DNA from: Ginglymostoma cirratum | Lineage: Eukaryota | Direction: 5' to 3' | Assembly (NCBI GenBank): GCA_024137785.1 | Contig: JAHRHZ010000118.1 | Coordinates: 1-63,600 of the forward strand | DNA: 63,600 bases | Part shown: positions 47,451 through 61,023 of the stretch, in pieces | Layout: each line of letters starts with the position of its first letter | Position numbering within the stretch: position 1 is the first letter of the stretch | The notes under the pieces: generated by a model | Told to the model about the DNA's origin: nothing | Database searches by the model: none | Seen by the model: the letters and a program-made list of their open reading frames with translations, nothing else | Position numbers and translations under genes: made by a program

Positions 47451-50400
47451 TTCTAAAATGCTACTTCTGTTAATTCCAGGGAGATCTCTCTAGGTATGCA
47501 TTTTGTTTCTATTTTGAGTTTTCTTGATTGGAGAGACTCGCTTCCCTGGTTGGAATGGAGTAGCATACTTCTTGTGTAACTTTAGTTATTCTCCACTTGT
47601 CATTCAACCCAGTTCTCACTCGATATTCATGTGCAGTTTTTAGGCATTTTTAAGCAAAGTCTATATGATCTATTTTGGAATTCAGTTGCTTGCCCTCCAG
47701 TCGGTCATTCAAAAGATCATTCTTTTTGAGAGACTATTTAACCACAGCAGAACTGATCCTGTTCTCACATGCTTTCCAGTCAGTCAATAAACAGGGATCA
47801 GGAGAGGGATCCTATTTAGTTGTTCATCTAATGTACGGGTGCTGAGGCAGATACTGATGATCCTACTGCTTTTCAACTATGGACTGGAGATGGAAACTGA
47901 GATTTTCTGGTCTAGATGGCTGAGCTAATCTCTGTCTGTATCCACTGAGTCCTATCACTAGAAGACTCATCTCAGAATGGCAGCAAAGATTTCCAGAGTT
48001 GTACCATACATCACAGATATCTGCCACACCCTTGACAAAGTTTCTTGCTCTTTCTTTTATAGCAGCATTGAAACAACAAGCTTCTTAGCTTATGATCCTG
48101 GCAGTGTGTGCTCTGCATTATTAGACACAGCAAAGTAACTGAAAGTTTTACGGATTTACTAACAGCTGTATTTTCCAACTGACTGACCAACAAGCTTGAA
48201 TGACAGCTCAGCATTACATAAAAAAAGAGGGTGTTATCAAAAATGGTTATTGTTGTTTGCAGCGTAAAACCCATCCTATCAATAGAATTGGAAACTATGC
48301 CTATTATTCTTATATTTTTGTGTGTGAATATAAACACAATTTATAGTGAGTTCCAGTAACTTGTTTTTAAAAGTCCAACTCCTATCACAGTCCATGGTTC
48401 AAAGCAGTATCCTATACCTATTTTCGTCTACAAATAAAAATAAGGAAAAATAAAAAAAAGGTGTGGTCTTCATGTTTTAAAAAAATATTCTTAGAACCAG
48501 TCTTTTTTCCCTCAAACTGAATGTAAAATTCTGTCATATCACGGTAGCTAATACCTAGGGGCACCTTCACTGTGAAATCATTAATTAATCCTACCTTGTC
48601 ACACAAGACAATGTTTAGTATACCCTGCTGTCTGGTCAGCTCCAGAATGTACTAATAAACTACCCCAAACACATCTACAAACTTCTAGGGTACCTTCGCC
48701 CATCTGATTTTTCCAGTCTGTAGGTAGATTAAAATCTCCCATGGTGATCACTATGCTTTTCTGACAATCTCCCATTATTCCTCTTTATACCCCAAACATC
48801 TCTCTAATTTCATAAACTTAGGCCTTCTGTTTCTTTATTATGCTAATACCACGATTTAACAAGTAGACCACCTCATCCATTTTCCTAGCTTCCTGTCTTT
48901 TCACCCCTCCACCTTTCCCTAGCTTCCTAAATGACTTGTACCGTTCAATATTCAGGTCCCAATCCATGTCATCTGGTAGCTATGCCTCTGTAATGACCAT
49001 TTGCACTTGTTTTGAATGCCAAGTGCATTCATGTAATGAGTCTTTCATTTTATCTTTTTATTTGTAAATTGTAGTTCATGTAACAATTTACTCTTAGACT
49101 TCTAGTTTGTATTGTATATTCCTTCCGAGCCTGGTGTATCTATCATTTCTTGTATTAATACCTTTTTTTTTCTCTTGCCTTGTCTCTGCAATAACTTCAA
49201 GAGGCTGGTATTCCATCACCAAGTCACCTTTTACTTACACATGGCGGTGGCCTTAACTTTGATCCAACTCCATCAAAGCCAGCTCTCAGAATGAATAGGA
49301 TGCCTGACACTCCTGTTCTTATCTTTCAGGCAGGGCTCCCTGATTGGATCAGATTAACAGCCCTAATCAAGGAACAAGGAGTTGGCCACCTGGCCAACTT
49401 AGTTCCAATCACTACAGTGTATGCTGTTTAATTTGTCACATCTCCCAAATTTCATCTGTTGCCCCACTAGTAGGGATTCTATGATTCTATTTTAGTTTGA
49501 AATTATCTCTATTTTGCTTACACAGCTTGCCAGAAACCAGTACCAATATGGTTTAGGTGGAGACTGCTCTGTCCCAATTTCACATTGCACTGGTGCCAGT
49601 GCCTCACAAAACAGAACCCACTCTTTCCACATCAGTCTTTGAGCCAAACATTTATCTTCCTTATCTAATTAATTCTGTAATCTGATCTCTCCAATCTAAT
49701 TTGCATGTGGCTCAGGTAATAATCCAGAAATTGTGACCTTTGGGGCCTGTTTCTTAATTTGGTGCACAGCTCCCAACGCCAATTATGCAGAACCTCCTTT
49801 GTTCTGCCTATGCAATTGATACCAACATGGACAACAACCAGATTCTCTCCTTTCCACTGTAAATTTCTTTCCAGCTCTGAGCCTGCAAGAAAGGATGGAA
49901 TAGAATGTTCTAATGAAAGATGTAGTTAAAGAACAGTATTATGTACAATATTATAAATAAATGTATTTGTAGAACCTACTAGAGTCAGACAACTTGCTCA
50001 AAAGTGAGTGGAAACCATTTCAGGCAACAAACTATCAGAAGTGGCAAGGATAGCCATCTCTCATAGCAGTGTGCAGGATAGAAGTTTGAGTCACAAGTCT
50101 CATAGTAACACAAACCACTTACAGAGCGAGAGATTTTCAGTTTGAAGAAAATGAAAAGCAGCTTAACTTAGGGCAAGTTGCAGCTTGTGTGATTATAGCA
50201 AATTTTGGGCCACCATATGCTGTTTTGATCCAGAGTGTACCACAATGTTGTCTTAGTTCCTTAACAGTTTATCAATTCAATATCATATAATTTTCACAGT
50301 GCAGTCAGAGGCCATTTGGCACACTACGTCCATGTTGGGTCTGCAAGATCCTAATCACACACTGCATGAAAACACTTCTATTCATGTCACCTTTGGTACT

Positions 50401-51764
50401 GTTGTCTTTCCCTTTACCTTAGGCTCTCTACTGTTGTGGCAATGGGAATAGATTTTCTGTTCTGTCCAGATCCATCATGATTTTGGGTGTGTTTGCAGAG
50501 AAAGCTTCATCCAGAGGCAGATTGCTGATTGGTTTGTGCAATAAGGCTCAGTTGTGGAGGCCAAAAGTCACCAACATGACAACAATTCACTGATTGGCTC
50601 TTTGTGAGGTGGACATCTTGACTGAGTGAACAATACAGGGAAGAAGCCTCCGGAATGCAGCAGTGAAAGGGTCTATCACTGTCAGTGATATAACTAAAAC
50701 CTGGAAGATAGCAAGCTGTTCTTTCCCATCAGTTGTGATAAACTGTTGCCTCTAACCAGTGACTGAAAACTATAATAAGTGTGCCAATTGTATTATTTCT
50801 TCAGAACAGTGAAAGGATCTGGATAAGAAGATTAGAAAACAGAGGTCTTCGAAACAGCAAAATCAATGCCTCATTGAATCTTGAACAAAAACAGAATTGC
50901 TGGAGAAGCTCAGCAGGTCTGGCAGCATCTGTGAAGGCAAAAAACAGAGTTAACGTTTCGGTTCCTCATGATGGGTTTTTATTTACCTCATTGAATCTTG
51001 TGGGCTGGTGCTATTGAACTATGTTTCTCTAGTATTTTCCCTCCTCCCATAATATCTATATTTGTTTATTTGTCAAGGTCTTGTCTGCATGTCTGTATAG
51101 GAGTTTTGGGGAGGAGATGGTGTAGTGGCATTGTTGTTAGACTCTTGATGTAGAGACCCAGCTAATGTTCTGGTGACCCTGGGTTGAATACGGCCAAGGT
51201 AGATAGTGGAATTTATATTCAGTAAAAGAAGTTTCTGGAATTACGAGTCCCATGATGCCCATGAAACCAATGTAGATTAAGAAAAAAGAAATAAGAGGAT
51301 TGTTGGGAGAGGGGAAGCAGCTAATACAGGTTAAGAAAGAGAAAGGAAGAGGGGAAACATTGAGAGAAATGTGTGACTGCACCAAACTGTTCCTACACAC
51401 ATGTACACAATTCCCTGGAAGCTGCTGTGCTTCTTTTAACCTAACACAAGTACCTCAGTTTTTCCAGATACTCACACAGGTCCTTAGTTTGTGTCTGCAG
51501 AACAAGGGATGTTTTTTCAGTACATTGCTGATAACTGTCTTTAGGTGGCTGCAAATGGAGCATGAAAGGACTACACAACAGCAAAGTGCTGACCTGCAAT
51601 ACAATAGGGCTGGCTGTTGGCACCTTGAAGGTGTGTTTTAGGTGTCTTGGATGTACTCATGCTTGAAGTGCACTTGATAAACTGGATCTGATTTTTGAGT
51701 TAGATCATTGATCCTCCCCTCAAGCCAATCATTTATGGACAAGAAATGCTATAAAAGATCATAT

Positions 51765-52135
51765 GAATCCCTACAGTGTGGAAACAGGCCCTTTGGCCCA
51801 ACGAGTCCACACCGACCCTCACACCCAGGTCCATCCTCCTATAACACACCTAATCTACATGTCCCTGGGCACTATGGGACAATTTAGCATGGCCAATCCA
51901 CCTAGCCTCCACATCTTTGGGCTGTGGGAGAAGACCAGAGCACCTGGAGGAAACCCACTCAGACACAGGGAGAATGTGCAAACTCCACACAGACAGTCAC
52001 TTGAGGGTGGAATTGAACCCAGGTCCCTGGCGCTGTGAGGTAGCAGTGCTAACCACACAGACAGTCACTTGAGAGTGGAATTGAACCCAGGTCCCTGGCA
52101 TTGTGAGGTAGCAGTGCTAACCACTGAGCCACCTT
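51765..52135 (-). mobile_element. HE1/V-SINE-like tRNA-derived SINE with duplicated 5' head
   Basis: Minus strand: ggtggctcagtggttagcactgct...gggttcaattcc (A/B boxes), V-domain-like gtgtggagtttgcacattctccc, ccacactgtagggattc tail. Confidence 0.85.
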
Positions 52136-52949
52136 CGACTTCAACCCTTGGTTTATTAGTACCTTATCTGGAGGTCTGGAGAAGGAATTACCCTTCCTTG
52201 CCCGGGCAAGCTCCTGATTGCATCAATCTGAGATGGATGTCAGCATGCAGTCTTTGGTGGCAATGGTAAAAAGTATCTTCATTCTGTAAACATTCTTATT
52301 GAGAGTTTTAGTACACGAGTACACAAACATTTTTAGCAAGTGATTTGAAATTGTCATCTGCTTAATTCTGCTACATTCAAAGATTTGAAGTGAAACTACC
52401 ATGCACCCATCAGTGATTGAGGTGACAGGCATCCTGCACTCATAAATGCTCCTCATATTGATTTGGAAGAAGTGGACACAGGCTGCTCATCTCTCATGCT
52501 AAATTTCATTAAGGAGGTTGGTGAAATGGCTCATTGTGCAGGGACCTGATGGTAATGTACTTCAGACAATGGATTCTGCATTATCACAGAGGCAGCTACT
52601 GCGTTAGGTGGGACCAGCTGCTGGGGCACAGCAATTGCACATTTCAGTAACCATTGTGAATGTCCTGTTAAGGGAAAACACCTCCTATTTATTCCATGAA
52701 TCTTAGCACTCATTTTAAGCCAATGCTCCTGATTACTGAATGAACCTTGTACCTTTGCGGGGAGTTATGCTGCTGTTGCATCCACCCTGAGTGATGCCAC
52801 ACTTGTCTCTCCATGGGATTAGCCATTCTTTCATGATTGGATTGCTTGGTTGAGCCCCCAAGGCAAGATAGAGCACACTCCTGTTATCGACTCCTGAATT
52901 TGCAACACATGGACTTGCTTTTTTGTTTTACAAAACTACTGGGTGTTCA

Positions 52950-54085
52950 CACATCTAGATAACAAGGATATCTACATCAGGCTCCAACTTATTGACTACA
53001 ACTCTGCCTTCAACACTATAACTCAAACTAATGTCCAAACTCTGAGACCTAGGTTTTTGCTCCACCTCTGCTAATGGATCCTAGACTTCCTGACTCACAT
53101 ACTGCAGTGGGAATTGGTAACAGCACTTCCTTGACAATCCTCAATACCGGCCCCCGCAAGGCTGTGTACTCAGCCCCTTACTGTACCCCCTGTACACTCA
53201 TGACTGTGGGGCCAAATTTTGTCCTAACTTCATGTACAAATTCGCTGATGACACCACTGTTGTAGTCAGGATGTCAAATAATTACGAGACAGAATACAGG
53301 AAAGAGATAGAGTGCTTGGTGGTATGATGTAAAGATAACAATCTCTCCGTCAGTGTCAGCAAAATGAAAGTACTGGTCATTGACTTCAGGAAACAAGGTG
53401 GAGGGCACACCTCCATCTACATCAATGGAGCTGGGGTGGAGATGGTCGAGAGTGTCAAGTTCCTAGGAGTGACAATCACCAACAATCTGTCCTGGTCCAC
53501 CTACTTTGATGCGATGGTCAAGAAAGTACAACAATGCCTCTACTTCGTCAGGAGGCTAAGGAAATTCAGCACGTTCGTAAAGACTCTTAACAATTTTTAT
53601 ACATACACCATAGAAAGGATTCTATCTGGATGCATCACAGCTTGGTATGGTAACTGCTCTGCCCAGGACAATAAGAAACTACAGAGAGTTGTGAACATAG
53701 ACCAGTCCATCATGCAAACTAACCTTCCATCCATTGACTCTATCTATACTTCTTCCTGCCTTGGAAAGGCAGCCAACATAATTAAAGACCCCTCCCACCC
53801 CAGTCAGAATCTCTTCTAAATGGTGGGCAGAGAATACAAAAGCTTAAACATACATACCAACAGATTCGAAAGCAGCTTCTTCCCCGATGTTATAAGACTT
53901 CTGAAAGGATCTCTCAAATTTCATATTTAATGTTGATCTAACTCTTTCTGCACCTTTTCTGCAGCTGTAACATTGTATTCCTCGTTTGGTTCTGTTACCG
54001 TAATGCACATTGTATGGTATGATCAGCCTGTACTGCATGCAAAATCTACGGAACACGTGACAAGAATAAATCAAATCAAATCAAC
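52950..54085 (+). mobile_element. Rex1/Babar-like non-LTR retrotransposon, 5'-truncated
   Basis: DYNSAFNTI, PQGCVLSP, KFADDTTVV, VIDFRK...KFLGVTI.NNLSW...ILSGCITAWYG...KKLQRVV; (aaatc)n tail. Confidence 0.88.
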
Positions 54086-54940
54086 ATATGCTGCTGATGC
54101 TCCAAATATTGTCCTCCTTAGGGTGATACCTGAGGCCCTATCTCTACATATATTGGAGCTTTATTGTGACTTGCCTCCCTCCTCCAAGGGTGCTATACAT
54201 AGGTGTTGCTGATTCAGTTCCTCCACCTGTGCTCATGCAGAGCCCTCACCACATACCACTAACTAAATGCATGCAGCATCCTTCTGATGTGCTACCAACT
54301 ATGTTGAGGAAATACAGGCTAGTTAAATATGCTGCTGCTTCCTTGAACGTCTCTTCTTCCTAATGCCCAAGGTATAAAGTTTGTCCAATGGATTGGTGGG
54401 TGGAGGGGAAAATAGTAAGTAAGCATGCTGGGACTTATGTGAGATATAAAAGAATGTAATGAGGCTTTGCCCTTCATATTGAGAGAGCCACATTGAAATA
54501 TGCAATTGCCTTTAACCTCTAACGACTATTGTGCTGCTCTTATCATGCAACCCAACCTTGTACTTGAGATGTAAGGTTGTGACTTATATATACTTTAATA
54601 CTGTGTGTTTGCACTATACTAGTTGCACACTAGTAGTATATGGATTAGGTGTGTCTGAAGGGTTTTAGAAGTTAACCTGTAAGGAGTATAGTACAGATGA
54701 GAAGCAGGGGACTTGTACATTTTCCTTCTGCAATCAAATGGCACTAAGGCCATCGATTGTAACAGCTTCAGCACAGTTGTTGGGAAAGTGTGGACCCCAG
54801 AATCTCTTGGCTTAGCACAATACAGAATAGCAATTATATGAAATGTAAGAAACTTAAAGGCTCCTCTAATTTGACTTCTTGTCGAGATAACCAAGAACAC
54901 TTCAATTAAATATGGAAACCATACATTTCTTTTTAAAAAG

Positions 54941-54946
54941 TTTATT
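54941..54946 (-). terminator. Candidate ACAP1 poly(A) signal
   Basis: AATAAA on the minus strand about 680 nt after the stop in an AT-rich 3' UTR. Confidence 0.35.
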
Positions 54947-55623
54947 TTTGAAAACTTCAAGCAAAGCTCTGTTTCATATAAATACATCATTACAAACTAA
55001 TGTATTATTTAAAAAGACTTTCAAACTGAACTTTATCACTATTTAATATATTGCCTCAAATTTCTGATACATTTCTTTTGAATCCTGCTGTTCATTATTG
55101 AATTTAACAGCTTCTGCTTTGGCACAACTGATTTCTGCAGCCTTAAGCTGTGCATGGGGCCTGGAGTAAAAAGTTGCCCCTCACATAATTCTGAATTTGA
55201 ACCTCAAGATCTGTTTAGATTAGTGACTTTGGATATGTAACAACTAATAGGAGTATGATTGAAACTTTATCTGGAAATGTTATCCTGAGATGTTCCACAG
55301 CTGTAGCTGAATTCAGACAGATTGAGAACAGCATTAGTTGAGTTCCAGAGTATGGAGGTCAAGAAGAACAGTGCAGCTAGATTGGATTTCAATATAGTGA
55401 GATGGAGGAAGCAAGCGTCTCCTGGTGCTGGAAAGGAAACGGGGTTCCTCAGTTCCTCAATGCTATTGAATTTTTTAAAATGAAATTCCTGCTTTATGTG
55501 GACAACCAGTTTGATTTTCACTCTTTGTGCTTTAGTTGGTTTGGAAGAAGCATGTTGCACCTGGTGACAGAATCGTACAGCCAGCCTCTAGGATATCTCT
55601 GGGTGACTGCCGGGTGGTAACAT

Positions 55624-55730
55624 TTAAAGTGTTGAGGTTCTGAGTTCATGACTCTTACGTTTTAACTTCTCTGGGTTGTTTGAGGCCATATGCGAGAAAT
55701 CTCGGAAAATGTCGTTGTACGTTTCATCTC
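55624..55730 (-). CDS. ACAP1: ACAP1 terminal coding exon
   Basis: cctttcag|GDETYNDIFRDFSHMASNNPEKLKRKSHELRTSTL*; conserved ACAP C-terminus, with a tail resembling ACAP1 (RRSHDLHTL). Confidence 0.85.
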
Positions 55731-56025
55731 CTGAAAGGAGAAGAAAAAGATATAAAAAGAAAACAAGGGATCAGAAAAGTGAGAAACTGAAACCCTCTGA
55801 CCCACTCCTCAGCATCAAGTATAGTCAGAAGCACACAGGCAAAGAGAGGCTTGGTGAGCAAATATCCTGTGCTTGGTGTAATGCTACGTAGAAGTAGTGT
55901 TTATTTCCACCCACAGCACCCACATTGTGTGTGCGTATTGATTTGGTTTTCACAGTCCATATTAATTTAACACCTCATGATTTAAACCCTGATAGATGAC
56001 ACGCATTGGACACAAAAATACTAAC

Positions 56026-56087
56026 CTGCTTGTCCAAAGACACCCTCTGCTTCTCGCATCTCCTCATTCATCTTAGCCAACCGAAGC
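56026..56087 (-). CDS. ACAP1: ACAP1 penultimate coding exon
   Basis: ttttcag|LRLAKMNEEMREAEGVFGQA(G)|gttagt; 62 bp. Confidence 0.85.
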
Positions 56088-57698
56088 CTGAAAATTCAGT
56101 GTGCAGATTATTAGGGTTTAGCATAAAGAGTCTTATATGCAGAACCATAAAATCAAAGAAAGATAATTCAGCCCATCATGTCTATTCAGCTCTTTGAAAC
56201 AGCATCCTGTTGTACTACTGCCCCACCTTTTCCTAATAATCCCGATTTTTGTCCTTCAAGTAAAGAAAGAAAGTAGGGGGCAGACAGAGCTTTAGATTAA
56301 CATTGGAACTGGAAAAAAAAATCCAGTTCTCTTAAAAAAGTTGCCATGATATACATAGGTTCTTGATGAATATTAAGGGACCCTCCACTCAAGGGGACAA
56401 GATGATCTAAAAACATGGTATATCTAAAATCAATGATGCTGGACTCAGGACAGCTGGAGCGCTCCCCTTGGCCTCTACTCAAATTTTATGGACCAATGTC
56501 TTTTTTTACCCTCTGCAGCCACGTTAGAAGTCCTTCACTCCATCTTCCTTCTGACCACCGCATACCCCACTTCTTCCCTCTGCAATTTCATGTGACACCC
56601 TTCACCCAGAGTCTAAAAATCTAGTACTTAATCTTTCAAGAATTACATTAAGAAATACTTCACACAAGGTGGGAATGTGGGACTCTGATGGTAGATCAGT
56701 TGTCAGTTTTTTAGGGATGGGCAACAAATGCTGGCCAACCCAGCAATGCCCATTCCATGAATGGTTAAAAAAATGATTTCTGTTAACCAAAGGCTTGGTA
56801 ATATATTGGGAAAGCTGGAGATGTGGAGTTAGGTCACAGATCAGGCATAGTTTTATTGAATGGTGCAACAGGTTTGAGATATATAACGGCTTTTGCTTCT
56901 TTTGGCTTTTATTGTGATGTATAATGGCTGCCTCCTTTTCCTATCCTTCCCCTGCAGTCCTGCATTAAGGCTGGTCTTATCTTTTCTCCAGAGGTGATGA
57001 GTTGGAGCAGACAGTTTGCTTGAGCTGTATTTAACTCTTCTTTTAGCATGGTTAACCACTTCCACTCACTGGGGAGTGAGATGGGCAGGAGATGGCTGTC
57101 CACTAATTAACATTGTTCCAACTTTGCAGATAATTCATTGGAAGCATGAGAACTAGGACTAGCCTTCCAGAATTAGGTTTCCAGAGTAAGGCCAAATTAC
57201 CAGTTAATAGTGAGGACTATCATCAGAACTACATACCCTGCTCACAGGCTTTTCTGCTAGCATAAATTTTGAGGACAGTAGTTTGTGTTATTTAACCATA
57301 GAGAACAGAAATATCATACATTCAGTCTCATGTCTCTGCCAGCTTAGTTGAGTTTGGGCAGTACAAATCATCAACTGCTATAAATGATTTTAGGTCTACT
57401 GAAATAGTCAGGCTATAAAAGGAAAAGTAAGCAAGGGTTTATGCTTTTTCGTCATTATTCATTGACTCACAGGGATGTCAGCTCACCATAAACCAACATC
57501 CCATGAACATTCATTGCCTTGAAGCAGCCATGAGGAATGAGCCCTTGCATGAGGAACCAAGAGCTGACCGAATACTGCTGTAGACAACCCAGTGAAAGTG
57601 AGTGTCTTTGAGAGTGGGGAAGGAAGGTAGTAGAAGAGAGAGTGGAGAGGTAGAGAATAGAGGGTAAGAAAGATATCCTGGATGTTGTTGGTACTCAC

Positions 57699-57809
57699 AG
57701 CGTGACAATGTCTGCATTTGCAGTGTCGATAGCAATTGTAATTGGATTTTTGCCGTTTTCATCTACTGCAGTTTGGCTTGCTCCACGTTTCAAGAACAGA
57801 CACACTAGA
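57699..57809 (-). CDS. ACAP1: ACAP1 exon (ankyrin repeat)
   Basis: ttatag|LVCLFLKRGASQTAVDENGKNPITIAIDTANADIVT(L)|gtgagt; 111 bp, phase 2/2. Confidence 0.88.
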
Positions 57810-58575
57810 CTATAATAAATCACAGATTATAATAAACAGAGCATAATAAAAACACAATTTAAGAGTTGGCATTCGTAACTTCAATAGGTGTCAACTGAAT
57901 AATTATTTATCTTGATAACAATACACCAACTTCAATGAAGCTGCTGTAGTTATTGAAACGTCTCGTGAGTGTTCTGCATTAATGTCATCGGGCAAATAGA
58001 CAGTTAATGTGTAGATAAAAGCAATGCAGTATGATGTCAACTTGCATGTATCTAGCCATGTTAAATCAGTGAAACAATCCATAGCACTACAGAAGAATTT
58101 AGCACTGACTGAGTGATCTGAGATGGTATTATGATAGGTAACCAAAAGCTATGCCAAAGAGACTTAGAGATGACAAAGTGAAGAGACTAAATGGCCTTTT
58201 CCTATTTCAGTATCTCTAAACCAAAAAAAAAGTCACCTTCTTCCTCTTCTGCCATCAGAATGGAGGATGAAAAATGCTTCTGTAACTAATTTTTACTGTA
58301 CCTGCCTTGGGTATTTAATGATAGGGAGGTGTAAAGAGACCTTTATTCTGTATGTAACCCATGCTATACTGGCCAGAATTGTTTTTGATAGGGACAGTAT
58401 AGATAGAGTTTTAACAGTATCTAATCCTGTGCTGTACCTAGCCTGGGAATATTTGATGGGAACAGTGTGCAGGGAGCTTTAGTCAAATGTCTAACTCGTG
58501 CTGTACTGACCGTTCTTTCTGATGGTGACACTGTTGAGGGAAGTTTGCTTTGTATCTAACTCTGCTATACCTGTG

Positions 58576-58697
58576 ATAACAAGCATGGGGCTGGATGAAC
58601 ACAGCAGGTCAAGCAGCATCATAGGAGCAGGAAAACTTGACGTTTCGGGCCTAAACCCTTCATCAGGATTCTCCAGCATCTGCAGTACCTTTTATCT
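58576..58697. mobile_element. Penelope-derived mini-element (inverted junction) with 16-bp TSD
   Basis: CTCTGCTATACCTGTG at 58560-58575 and 58696-58711; intact hammerhead-like core on the minus strand, 58666-58639. Confidence 0.85.
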
Positions 58698-58975
58698 CTG
58701 CTATACCTGTGCTGTGAATATTTGATGGGACAGCATAAAGGAATATTTTTCAGTGTTGTTTTGAGCTGTCTAAATCTGGCTGAAGTTTTTGAACAAAAAA
58801 AATTGCTAGACATGAGATAGCAAATCATGATCTTTCACTATGAATCAATTTTGGCTTCTCATTTAGAACTAGCCACATTTCCTTTTTAAATGACTTAAAT
58901 AACTTATGGTGTCAAATCAGCAGGCATGATCAATTTTGCAGCGTTAGATGCATCAAATGCCATTGCCTGCCTTAC

Positions 58976-59085
58976 CCAGTGTGTCCATGGATAGTGGCAT
59001 GGTGGAGAGGACCACGACTGTGGATGTCCGTCTGGTTCACATTGGCTCCGTTCTGCAGCAGAAATTCACAGGCTACCAAGGAACC
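58976..59085 (-). CDS. ACAP1: ACAP1 exon (ankyrin repeat)
   Basis: tttcctag|GSLVACEFLLQNGANVNQTDIHSRGPLHHATIHGHT(G)|gtaagg; in phase with the adjacent exons. Confidence 0.88.
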
Positions 59086-60826
59086 CTAGGAAACAAATCA
59101 TGGAGCCGAAGAGAAGGAATGTAAAGAGGGAACAAAAAAAATCAATGGTTAGTCCAACTATCTAGGATATGAATCACATTTTTCAATGATTTGAGGAGCA
59201 GGATCTTCACATCAAGTACATGTAATTCAGCACAGAGTTATCCTTCTGTCTTTGCATGATTTGACCAGATTACCCACCTAATATACACTTGCCCAATGTT
59301 TTCATTTTTGTTCAGTCATGAGGGATAATATTTCAGGAAGCAATCTGGGCTATTTTACCTTCCACTCTCGGGAATCCCTGTAGAAAAATACTCACTTCCT
59401 ATTAGCTCTCATTAAGAAGGTACCCATTGATGTAAATCACATACACACACATGTTAAAGCAAGTACCACTACAGTTTTTAAAACAAAATTATTAGGTCAA
59501 GATTTCAAGTGAAACGGAACTGTATGGCATTGCTTAATCAAGCTATGGTAGATTTGTTTGATTTATTGTTGTCACATGTACCTAAGCACAGTGAAAAGTT
59601 TTGTTTTGTTGGCAGTACAGGTAAATGATAGCAAACAAGAACAAACAGATCATAGGGCGCTTAGACAGAGCGAGGTGTACAAGGTTACGCCTGCACAGGT
59701 GATGCACGAAGCAAGATCAACAGTAGACTTGAAATTAGAGAGGTGCATTCAGCAGTCTAATAACAGCAGGGAAGAAGCTGTTCTTGAACCTTCTGTATCT
59801 TCTGCCTGACAGAAGAGGTTGGAAGAGAGTATTACCGGGGTGGGAGGGATCTTTCATGAGCATTGATGAGATTGTGGAGCAGGAATTATTGTTGGATTGC
59901 TCTTGTTTCAGCTGTGCCTAGATGGCAGCACTGAACTTAAAGTCAAAAGGCTGGGGTCAGACATGTTAAACACTTAATTGTACAACAAAAACAGAAATTG
60001 CTAGAAAATCTCAGCAGGTCTGGCAGCATCAGAGAGAGAAATCAGAGTTAACATTTCAGGACCAGTGACCCTCCTTCATAACTGATGGTAGCTGTGCAAT
60101 TCAATCCGGCATTCCTGTGTACTATTGACGAATTACTGCACTGCCAGAGGTGCCATTGTTTGGATGAAACAGTAAACCAAGGCCCTCTACCTTCTCAGAT
60201 GGCTGTTAAATCACATGGCACTATTGGAACAAGATCTCTGATATTTTGGCCAACCTCAATCTTTAAATACTACTGCCAGAAATATAGACTGTCTCGGTAC
60301 TTATCTCATATGCTTGTTTGAGAGAGTTTGCTGTTCATAAATAGGCTCCTGTGCTTCTCTCATTGCAACAGGAACCACTTTAAAAGTAATTAAATAACTC
60401 TGAAATGCGTTGAGATATCCTGTGGACATTAAAATCATTATAGAAATGCAAGTTCTTTCTCCAGTGAAAGGTCACTAAACTTGATACATTAAGTAGTGGC
60501 CTCCAGTACTATAAAATTGTAATTTTGTGTCTGAGACACCAAAGCAATATATCCTTCCTTAGTCTAGTGATTTTATTTACATCTGCAAACCTCTGCAACC
60601 TCAACATGGTAAAAGTTAGGCAATATCTGCATTCATTCATTGTTTCCGCACTTTTCCAAGGAATTTTAAAACTGAATAAACTATAGAGCTTTTTAAAGGT
60701 TTTCAATCTATATATTGCTTAGTAAGAGAAACATAATCAATGAAGCCATCCCTTCATTGAATAGATGTAGAGCTATATTGAGCAAATATCACTCTCTCCA
60801 CCGAATATAATGAATTCCAATTTTAC

Positions 60827-61023
60827 CGGTGTCACTGCCTGGATAAGTGGAGTTTTGTTCTCATCTGATCCATTCACCCAGTTCACATCAGCCCCATGTG
60901 CCAGTGCATCGGCCATGACTGGGAGATTTTGGAGTGCAGCGGCTTTGTAAAGCAGTGCCCCTGGATGGAGGTCTCGCAGCTCGTCACAGCTCTCAGCACC
61001 TGAGGTTTCTTTATCATTGATAT
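60827..61023 (-). CDS. ACAP1: ACAP1 (ArfGAP with coiled-coil, ANK and PH domains) exon, start of the ankyrin region
   Basis: tttgtag|...LRDLHPGALLYKAAALQNLPVMADALAHGADVNWVNGSDENKTPLIQAVTP|gtaaaa; LHPGALL and MADALAHGADVNWVNG are ACAP1-like. Confidence 0.85.

Noticed and set aside
52030-52135. tRNA gene
   Set aside because: A/B boxes belong to a SINE head; no full cloverleaf and it continues into SINE body.
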